64,000 nt of DNA, taken from the NCBI GenBank assembly GCA_009914755.4, contig CP068257.2, forward strand, positions 40,448,001-40,512,000, in the 5' to 3' direction. Shown in pieces: positions 54,961 through 64,000 of this stretch. The position numbers and the translations under genes are program-made. This DNA comes from the human T2T-CHM13v2.0 reference genome, Homo sapiens. Position 1 is the first letter of the stretch, and each line of letters begins with the position of its first letter. Below the pieces are notes generated by a model that saw only the letters and a list, made by a program, of their open reading frames with translations, had not been told where the DNA came from and did no database searches.

Positions 54961-55652
54961 CCCCAGCAATTCCATGTTACTTGTAGAAGATTTAGCCATC
55001 ACCAAACCCCCAGGTGACATCTCAGGAGATTCACAGCAGGAATCTGTGCAGGAGTTGGATCTCGGCCGTGACAGCCCTGTGAGCTTGCAGAGCTAGCCTG
55101 CCTCTGGATTTCATCCAAATGAGCTGTCAAATGTGATCTTCCTCAATGCATTTCCTCTGCTAAGCAGCACAGGCTCTAAGACTAAACTCTTAGCCCATGT
55201 AAGTCAGTATTACCGAGGGACCTGGGGTCTTCCTGTAAGAATGGCTCTCTAGCCAGCATTGTCACCAATGTCAACTCCTAGTTGGACCCTGGGTAAATCC
55301 ACCCAGGGGTCAAGAGTAGACAGTCCATCTGAGGCGCCACCAAGAACCTGCCCAAGAGGCCTTCATTTTGGGGAGTCCAGGGGCCTCAGGGATGTATATG
55401 AACCATCTGCTGAAACAAAACAAAATCAGAAGCCATTTGCTATCATCCCAAGGAGGGGCAAGGATGCAGGCCCAGGAAGCCCGGGCTTGGGAGGTTTGTA
55501 CAGGATCCTACTCACCCATCACCTCGGCGGCCATCACCTGCAAATCGCTCATGTCCCCATGGTGATGAATTTGATTTTTGGCATTGGGCGAGGCTTCTTT
55601 TCTCCTAGAAATGGCTTGATTGTAATTTTGGTGTTTATATTCCACTTCCCAG

Positions 55653-55910
55653 TTCCTGTCTCCATTGGGAGGATCATGGTCTCCAATGTGACCAGCACCG
55701 GCTTCCACCTGGCATGGGAGGCGGATCTTGCTATGGACTCCACCTTCCAGCTCACTCTGACTTCCATGTGGAGCCCTGCTGTGGTCCTAGAGACCTGGAA
55801 CACGAGTGTGACACTGTCGGGGCTGGAGCCTGGGGTCTTGCACCTGGTTGAGATCATGGCCAAAGCATGTGGGAAAGAAGGTGCCAGAGCTCATCTGAAA
55901 GTGAGGACAG
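55653..55910 (+). CDS. UMODL1: Coding exon 12: fibronectin type III domain 2 (VPVSIGRIMVSNVTSTGFHLAWEADLAMDSTFQLTLTSMWSPAVVLETWNTSVTLSGLEPGVLHLVEIMAKACGKEGARAHLKVRT), phase 1 to 1.
   Basis: Acceptor tccacttcccag|, donor cag|gtaatg. Parallel to exon 7 (VSNVTSTGFHLAW vs VLNVTSDSFQVSW). Confidence 0.85.
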
Positions 55911-57952
55911 GTAATGGGCTTCCATTTGTTTTTAAAGAGAGGAACAAAAAGTATGAAAAAGACTTTCTGTGGGTTAAGGCTTAAGAGAGCTGGATTTGTT
56001 TATGGGCTGCTAGGTGTCATTGTTCTTCTCAGCTTAGGGACATCCGGCTGGCTTCAGCAGGCGTGCAATGACGGCCAGACAGGAGGTGGCTTATTCAGGA
56101 AAAGGCATTAGGCAGCCCACGGGTATGGAGGCGGCAGCAGAGTGCCATAGACTGCGCCTGGAAGGCTGCGGGTGCGGCTCACCCATGTCCTCCGGGGGAG
56201 GCAGCATGGAAAATGCATGCGGTGCTCATCTGTTGAGCTGCATCCACTCCCTCTGATCTCAACAGTCCTACAGAGGACTTGGCTTTCAGGAAGGACATCA
56301 ACAGACAATCGGCAGTCACATGGATGATCTGTGAGCAGCCTGCCAGAGCCTGGGGCCACAAAGTAAAGAATTGAGCAATAATGAATCAAACATAGACTCC
56401 ACTGCGTTCCAGCTGGACAGTGACAATATTACACATATTTGGATGAAATTCCTCTTTTCTTTTCATTAGCATCGCTACCTGGGTATTTTCTTATGTGTAC
56501 CTTACCTGGGTAGTCAAGAGCGTGTCTGATGTTGCAAGCTGGTTTTCACGCCATGGGCAGCTTCCCAAGCGTTGATAGCAGTGGTCTGCACGGTGGGGCG
56601 CACACCCCTTGAGGGAGGTGTAGGATGGTTTCACACTGTGGGCAGCATTGACAGCAGTGGTCTGCACAGTGGGGCGCACACCCCTTGAGAGAGGCATAAG
56701 ATGGTCTATTGGGATGCAATAATAGAAGTTGAGAACTATGTATGTGCTTTAAAGTACTAATCAGCCATGGCCTGAGAAATTAGAGAACAGATGGAGTGCA
56801 TGACGTGAATTGTGCACGTTCACGAGCAGCTGGAGAGGAGGGAGATCAGTGCTGGCTGGACAGTCAGACAGGGTGGCTCTGGGGTCTGAGAGCCAGAGTT
56901 GGGCCTCTGAAGGTCTCAGCTGCTCTGGACGGGACAGGCTGCACGGGGGACCCCAAACCTGTGGGTGCACTTATACCTGCTCTCACCTGTGCACCTGTCC
57001 TGCTACTGATGGCTTTCAGACTGGGTTGCTCATGCCAGCCATGGAGACTGAACCAGAAGCCCTCAGGGGCAGCAACAACAATGATCTCAAGGACGTAGAG
57101 TTTGGGGTTCGCCCAGGAATGCATAGCAGAATGGCTCTGTGGTTTGTCTTAAACTTAGTGAGAAGCTCTGGGGAGATGGACTCTAAGCCCCCTGAGGGGA
57201 GAGCTGTGTCTTTCTCCTTCACTGTCTAGAATGCCTCTGGCGCATGGCAGGCGCTTTGCAAATATCTGGTGAGGGACTGACTGAACACTGGGGTGGCTGC
57301 CATGCCAGGGCCAGGATGGGATGGCGACATTCCTGGACCACATTTATGTGCCACATACTTCTAGAAGCCCTCTGCGGAGGGAAAAGATTCAGATGGAACA
57401 GATGATGCCAAAACAGGGACTGCCCATAGACCAGGGGAGGTGGGGCTGCTGGGGGAGGAAGAAGGACTGGCTCCAAACAAGACCCCTGGGCACCCTGTGG
57501 CCACGTGGACTCTGAGCAGAGGCCTGGCCAGGGCCCTAAGTCCTGTTATACCTGGGACAGCCCAGTTTGCACCCGTAGCCCTGGCAAAGTTATTTAATGG
57601 TGCCTCCACATGCTTCAAGTCATGCCAGCTTGCTGGGAAATTGTCTGAACCCCAGCATGGGGGAACGGCAGCAAGGAAGGAAGGCTATGTGTGGTGGGGA
57701 GACAGTTGCAGGGGCGAGCTGGCTCTGTGGCCTCTGGAAGGTTCTCCCACTGTGTTCAGGCTGTGTTCTGTGTCCTCTGGAATCTGATGGGCTGTGTCCC
57801 TGAGCCCTGGCACTATTCCTTCTTTCTAGAACACGGGTTGGCTTTGGTGTGATGCTCTTCCTGGACATGAAAATACATTTATTAATATTGAAATGTTAGT
57901 CTGTTATCTAATACAGCACCAATTCCAAATGTGCTTATCCTCCATCCTGCAG

Positions 57953-58065
57953 CAGCCCGGAAGCTCATTGGAAAGGTCAGAATCAAAAATGTCAGGTACT
58001 CAGAATCCTTTCGCAACGCAAGCAGCCAGGAGTATCGAGATTTCCTAGAACTATTCTTCAGGATG
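57953..58065 (+). CDS. UMODL1: Coding exon 13: SEA domain 3, first half (AARKLIGKVRIKNVRYSESFRNASSQEYRDFLELFFRM), phase 1 to 0, 113 nt. NAGNAG acceptor (cagcag) allows a start 3 nt downstream at 57956.
   Basis: Acceptor tcctccatcctgcag|cag|, donor atg|gtgagt. Same length and phase as exon 8. Confidence 0.85.
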
Positions 58066-58134
58066 GTGAGTTGGTGATATCAGCCCTTAATTCCTTTCAG
58101 GAGGGAAAGGGTGGAAGGCTGATAGAATTCTAGG

Positions 58135-58445
58135 TTAGGCACGGTGGCTCACCCCTGTAATCCTAGCACTTTGGGAGGCAGAGGCGGGCAGATTGCCTGA
58201 GCTCAGGAGTTCAAGACCAGCCTGGGCAACATGGCAAAACCCCATCTCCACCAAAAAAAAAAAAAAAAAAAAAAATACAAAAAATGAGCCTGTCATGGTG
58301 GCGCATGTTTGTGACCTCAGCTACTCAGCAGGCTAAGGCAGGAGAATCTCTTGAACCCAGGAGGCAGAGGTTGCAGTAAGCCGAGATCGTGCCACTGCAC
58401 TCTAGCCTGGACAACAGAGTGAAACCCTGTGGGAAAAAAAAAAAA
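58135..58445 (+). mobile_element. Alu SINE with long mid and terminal poly-A, just downstream of exon 13
   Basis: ggttaggcacggtggctcacccctgtaatcctagcactttgggaggcagaggcgggcagattgcctgagctcaggagttcaagaccagcctgggcaac... Confidence 0.9.
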
Positions 58446-58876
58446 AGAATTCTAGTCTCATCCAACTAGGAATTTGACCTATAGGTCCTATGAGCTCCTC
58501 ATTTCTGAAGGAAGCCAGGACGTTAAGCTCTGGCCTGACTCCCTGAGTGTCCCTGGATCTGCCCCGGCGAAGACACGGTTAGCAGACAGGAGGCACAACT
58601 CTTCCTCTGCTGCATCCTTACTTCACACTTCACTTTCTGTCCAGTGAAACCTGTTTTTCAGTTGTGGAACCTATGAAGCAGAAAGTCCCTCCACGGTTTT
58701 TTTTTTTTAAACCTGTAAAAAATGAGATTTATTTCACAGACCATAAAATCTACTTTTAAACTGTACAATTCAGTGGTTTAGACTATTTTGCAAAATTGTG
58801 CAACCATCACTACTAATTCCAGAACATTTTCATCACCCAAAAAGAAACCTTATACCCATTAGAAGTCACTCGCAGC

Positions 58877-59170
<294 letters not shown>

Positions 59171-60097
59171 AAAGTCACTCCCTCTCGCCACTTCCTCCAG
59201 CTCCTGGTAATCACTTATCTGCTTTTTGTCTCTATAGATTTGCCCATTGTGGACATTTCACAGAAACAGAATCATACAATATGTGACTTTTTGTGTCTGG
59301 CTTCTTTCAGTTAAAATGAGGTTTTCTGGTTTCATCCACGTGGCAGCATGTGTCAGCACTGGATTCCTTGTTATGGCTGGGGCATAACCCATGCAGTCTC
59401 ATCCATTCATTCACCGAGCGCACTGGGCGGCTCCCGCCTTCTGTCTGTTATAAATAGTGCTGCAATGCCCCTGCCTCAGAGAAAGTTCTTTTCCTGCTCT
59501 TTCCTGCATTCCTCCCTGCCATCCCCTCAGCATTCTCCAGGATGCTATCTGTTACCATTTAGTGACATGCCTTCTTGTGGACTTTTTGAGGTATAGGGAG
59601 TGCCCTTGTCATAATCTAGTGATTTTGTTTGCACGGAATCTCACATTGTAGATTTCCTGAGTCTGAGCTCAGCACAGAGAGGGTTTGACATTGCCACCTA
59701 GTGGCCTGTCGTGGTAATACCGTAGCAGGGCTGCAAACCCCAGCGCTTCCCCCACAGATGAGAAGATTCGACAGCCTTTGGGAACGGCCTAGCTCATTCC
59801 CTGCTCCTGGTTTGTGCATTCAACAGTTGTTGACGGTTTGATTAATAATGTGATTTCATTGATAAGGTTAAATAGTAGTTAGAATATTAAACAACAAACA
59901 CTGAATCCTTCCACCTGGCTCGAGTGGTCAAAAGAGGCAGCTCCGTTTCCTTCCCGAGTTTCTTGATTAATCTTTCCTCTTTGAACCATTTCTTCCTTTG
60001 CCCATTTTTGGGGTGTTGTTTTTCTGTTTGCCTAGAATTTCAGGACAGCAAATAATTATACAACTTAATCACAGAAGTAGGATGTTAAGAGAAATTT

Positions 60098-60170
60098 CGG
60101 GGGTTTCACTTGCTGATAACCGCAGACGTGGATGTCAGGAGGTGTTGGCTGCATGGCTTGGTCCCTGGCT
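60098..60170 (+). pseudogene. Degenerate, frameshifted intronic copy of the middle of exon 14 (paralogous to 61278-61345, encoding FHLLIIADVDVQEV...).
   Basis: About 55 of 63 nt identical (gtttcacttgctgataaCcgcagaCgtggatgtc-aggaggtgtTGgctgcat vs exon 14), with a 1-nt deletion and no splice sites. Confidence 0.45.
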
Positions 60171-61190
60171 CTTCACCACTTCCTAGCAAGGGGCCTGGAA
60201 GTTTGCTTAGAGGTTGGTTTGAAATGCAGCTAAAAGTCACATTAATCCAAGACTATGCCAGATTCCTCTGAGAGAAAGAGAGAGGGAAGAACTGATTGTG
60301 AAGATGGTCACGACAACAGTCATCTACTGAGCCAACCAAGGGCAGCTGTGGTCTCCCTGGGGTCCACAGGCTCTGAGAGGGACAATGGATCTGTTCACCT
60401 TGGTGGCCCAGAAGCCGGGAAGTGAGTCCATGACCCAGGCCTTGAGCCATCGCACCTGTGAGGACAAACCCTGGAAGTACCCATAGGAGGTTTGCACTGA
60501 GGATGATTGAAGCTCATTATAAGATTGTTTGCCTTTCTGAGTGCTTTGACCATGATGGGTTAGCATGGAATCAATCATATAGCGTGTGGTGTGTGACTGT
60601 GTCCAAAGAGACAGAGTAGAAAGCAGGGCGTTCGGGGGCAGGAACCCCCTGTCCTAATGGGGAAGTTGGAAATGCTCACAGGAAGCAGTCTGGGGAGAGG
60701 TAGGGAGGAAGAATGAAAGGGGACATGTTCTGCAGTGCCAGGAGCAAAAGAGCTGTTCCAGAGAAGGCAGCGGGAAGTGGTCTCCCTCCCCACGACCCTG
60801 CACTCAGCCCCCTGCCCTCGGTGGCTGCAAACCAGGAGTATTAGGTTCTAGAAGCCCTTGTGAGCCCCCAGCAAATTTTAAGCCCCATGAGGTAGGGTCT
60901 CTGCCTGTGCCCCCAAGTCCCACCCTCGCCCCACAGGCATCTTTCTGAAGCCGTTTACTGGTTTGGGGGGGGAAACAAGGGCTCTTCTCATATCACAGAC
61001 ACTCCCAGGCGTTTGTGCTGGGCTTGAAAACACAGCAGACAGGAAAGGGGCCCAGAACCAACCTGTGGCTTTTACTTTGTGCCACGGGCCAGCCCTGCTG
61101 CTGGGCAGACTGGCAGGAGGAACCGCCTTGAGACGGGCATCTGTTTCCTCTCAGCGTGGGGACCTCCTCACATGGCCTCTTTCCCCGCAG

Positions 61191-61404
61191 GTGCGGGGCT
61201 CCCTGCCAGCCACCATGTGTCAGCACATGGACGCTGGTGGGGTCAGGATGGAAGTCGTCAGCGTCACCAACGGCAGCATCGTGGTGGAGTTTCACTTGCT
61301 GATAATCGCAGATGTGGATGTCCAGGAGGTGTCAGCTGCATTTCTCACCGCCTTCCAGACCGTGCCTCTGCTGGAGGTGATCAGAGGCGACACCTTCATA
61401 CAGG
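61191..61404 (+). CDS. UMODL1: Coding exon 14: SEA domain 3, second half (VRGSLPATMCQHMDAGGVRMEVVSVTNGSIVVEFHLLIIADVDVQEVSAAFLTAFQTVPLLEVIRGDTFIQG), phase 0 to 1.
   Basis: Acceptor ctctttccccgcag|, donor cag|g gtacga. Paralogous to exons 9 and 5. Confidence 0.85.
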
Positions 61405-63165
61405 GTACGAGAGGCTGGGATGGAGCCTCTCCCGTGTTCTGGAACCAGAGGCAGCCAGAGGGCAGCCACCACCCTTCGCTTTTGAAAGATGTCGTGTTGT
61501 GCCCATGTGGTCCTTCTTCCCCCAGAATTAGATGAAGATGTGAAATAGATAGGACCCTGTCTGTCCCTCTTATTGTGATTATAATTGTGTAAAGGTTGAA
61601 GTGTTGAAAACATCTTTGGGTGAACCTGCAGATCCCCAGGGGTGCTGCTTTCTTTCCGGGTCGACTGCCCCCTCGCTGCTTGTTTCCATGGGCTGAGGGC
61701 AGATGCATCCCTCTCTGCAGCCAGACTCTCCCCCAAGCATAGTTCCCAAGGAGATCCCAGTAAAGATAATTAACGAGAAAAGCAGGGAGAAAAAGACAAT
61801 TCAGATTCTTTTCTCCTATCATACTTGAACATAAATGATGAATGGCTTATAGTTACATGTATCAGAAACAAAAGACTTTTTAAAAATTGGAGATTCATAT
61901 TAATTTTTTGATTTTTAGAATAAGAAGGACTTCCTAAAGAAAATACGATTTTTAGAGGAAAACGATGAGATGCTGACTGCATGCAGAGATAAATCAAAAT
62001 AAAGGCACCATTTTAACGCAAAGTAAACAAAAAATTTTTCAATAATTTGGTGAAGTGTTAGTATCCCAAATATATAGAGAGATCATACAAATAGATAAAT
62101 ATTAAGAACCTGATGGATAAATGCACGAAAGCTCTACACAGACAAGGTATAAAAGAAGAAATATGAATGACTAACAAAGATGTGGTAACCCAAGACATCC
62201 CCATTAGAATGCATTGCACTGTTTGCCCATCAAATTGCAAACAAAAGGTCTCTTTACTGCTGACATGAATACTGGTGAAAGTGTAGTGAGGCAGGTGTTT
62301 GCACAGATTGCTGGTGGCAGAAGGATTTGCTCATGCTTCCTGGAAACCAGTTTGGTGACATAAATCAAACGCTTTCAAAGTGGCCATCCACTTGGATTCT
62401 GAAATATCAGCTCTACGACTTTGTCCTAAGGAATTTGATCTGTTTGGACCGTAGTTTAAATACAAAGATGTTCATCTTCAGTGTTACTTTAAAAGCCAAA
62501 GAGTTGGAAATCACCAATCATCCAGTAACAAAGAAGGTGCTAAGTTACCAGGTGTCCCCGCCCCGGGCTGTTATGCAATGATGAGAATAGCGGTTTGTGG
62601 ATTTGCATGGAGCTAGTTGGTGGCAGAGGCAAGCTATGCTCTCAGAGCATGCCTGCATTTTAAAAGGCTGGAAGGAAATACGTCCACATGCTAACTTGCC
62701 CCTGGCCACGCTTTTCTGGTTCTTATCCATGTTCTGCAGTAAACCTGTTTTGCTGTCAACAATCAACCCAGCATCATGGCGAAAGGCAAATGGCCTGAGG
62801 GCCTTCTGCCCAGGGTTGGGCTTGCAGCCTGGGTCCCTTGGGCTGGACCGAGGTGGATCTGGGGGCCTGTGCATCTCCTGGTTACTCCCGGGAACTGAAG
62901 GGATGGCCCTGCTCTGCCCAGATCCCCCTCCCAGCCCTGGGCCAGAATCCTCCTTCCAGAACAGCCCCTGCAGACATACTTAGCCATTCCCAGCCCCAGC
63001 TTCAGGAAGCCTCCTGTACTTTCCAGAACTGGTGAGCTTGACTGCAGTCTGCTGTGGCTGGAGTTTCCAGCTTTGTCTGTGAGATGCACTCTCCCCCAAC
63101 CAGGCTGCTGTGAGACCACAAGCCCCCAGGGATGTTCTTCTGTTTTGTCTTCTAAATGTTGTGCA

Positions 63166-63303
63166 GATTACGATGAGTGTGAAAGGAAGGAGGACGACTG
63201 TGTGCCGGGGACATCCTGTCGAAACACCCTCGGGTCTTTCACTTGTAGCTGCGAGGGAGGAGCCCCCGACTTCCCTGTGGAATATTCTGAGAGACCCTGT
63301 GAA
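63166..63303 (+). CDS. UMODL1: Coding exon 15: calcium-binding EGF-like domain 3 (DYDECERKEDDCVPGTSCRNTLGSFTCSCEGGAPDFPVEYSERPCEG), phase 1 to 1, 138 nt.
   Basis: Acceptor ctaaatgttgtgcag|, donor gaag|gtaatg. D-Y-D-E-C cbEGF signature. Same length as exon 10. Confidence 0.85.
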
Positions 63304-63424
63304 GGTAATGTCGTCAGAGTTTCTTCTTCTGGAATACTGTATCATAATCGGTTTTTTTTAAGGACATTCACGTGCAAAGGGCTTCTTGTCCCTCTGAGGT
63401 CATATTTTTATGTCCTGGGGAAGT

Positions 63425-63520
63425 TTCCTGTGTGTGATGTGGGTGCACGTGTGTGTGTGTGTGTGTGATGTATGTGTACATGTGTGTACGTGTGTGCATG
63501 TTCCTTCCCATTCTTTCATA
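63425..63520. repeat. Imperfect (GT)n/(GTGTAC) microsatellite, intron 15
   Basis: gtgtgtgtgtgtgtgtgatgtatgtgtacatgtgtgtacgtgtgtgcatg. Confidence 0.8.
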
Positions 63521-64000
63521 TGTGTCCAGGCTTCTGGGCAGTGCCTTATCTCTCCAAGTGCTAGCTCTGATATCCATGGAGAGAAAATATACACATACAT
63601 GAGGTGTGAACGTGCAGATGCTGAGCGACCGTCTTGTGAAACACGCAGCCGTGGGACACGCGACACAGGGGAATGTTTCCTCTTGGCCACTCTTTCCACC
63701 CAGCTCTTTTCCTGCTAAACGGGGTCTTAGTGGATTTAACACTGACCCCACGTTGGCCACTGCTATCCAGGAATCTGCGTCAAGTGAAGGGAGGTGGGCA
63801 TTTATACCAGTGAGTGTGGTATCCGGGGGGCTATAGAACGTGTCCTGCTTGAGGTAGAATCAGGAAGCACAGAGGAGGCTAAGTTGCTTCAGTCCAGTGA
63901 GTGTGGCCAGGGAGGGCTTCCTGGAAGTGGTGTCTTGAAGCTGGTCTTAATGGATAGCTAAGATGGCACCCAGCAGGGAGGGCAGGGCATGGTGGGTGGG

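Noticed and set aside
54093-55096. Multiple 100-200-aa ORFs on both strands (e.g. 54093-54704 minus, 54307-54816 plus)
   Set aside because: All lie in the 17-bp satellite-like array. Stop-free frames arise from repeat periodicity. No domain similarity.

Overview
This window is primate (almost certainly human) genomic DNA, not prokaryotic. It contains about 19 Alu SINEs with poly-A/T tails and target-site duplications, several MIR fragments and GT/CA microsatellites. Using spliced six-frame translation I reconstructed a large multi-exon plus-strand gene. Exon 1 carries the start codon and a signal peptide (MLRTSGLALLALVSAVGPSQA|SGFT). It is followed by an EMI-domain exon, a WAP four-disulfide-core exon and three tandem SEA(2 exons)+calcium-binding EGF(1 exon) modules; the second and third modules are each preceded by a fibronectin type III exon. 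A single 831-nt exon encodes a mucin-like Ser/Thr/Pro-rich region (SPSQG pentapeptide repeats). Domain order, signal peptide and genomic context fit UMODL1 (uromodulin-like 1 / olfactorin, chr21q22.3). The ZP domain, transmembrane region and tail must lie downstream of the window. Fifteen coding exons with GT-AG boundaries and consistent intron phases are listed (about 1070 codons in the window). Positions 1-13.5 kb are upstream/intergenic sequence with no supportable gene. Points of interest: (1) the FN3-SEA-SEA-EGF four-exon cassette is internally duplicated with conserved exon lengths and phases; (2) a 384-nt in-frame GT..AG internal intron ('exitron') inside the mucin-like exon would remove exactly 128 codons, matching my recollection of two isoforms that differ by 128 aa; (3) tandem donors 4 nt apart at exon 4 are phase-coupled to inclusion or skipping of exon 5; (4) a NAGNAG acceptor at exon 13; (5) a frameshifted remnant of exon 14 lies in intron 13; (6) several intronic minisatellites, including an ~0.8 kb array of 17-bp units rich in CAGCTG E-boxes directly downstream of the mucin exon. 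I found no evidence of a novel or prokaryotic 'system'; the long repeat-driven ORFs are artefacts. All coordinates were hand-counted and may be off by 1-2 nt.
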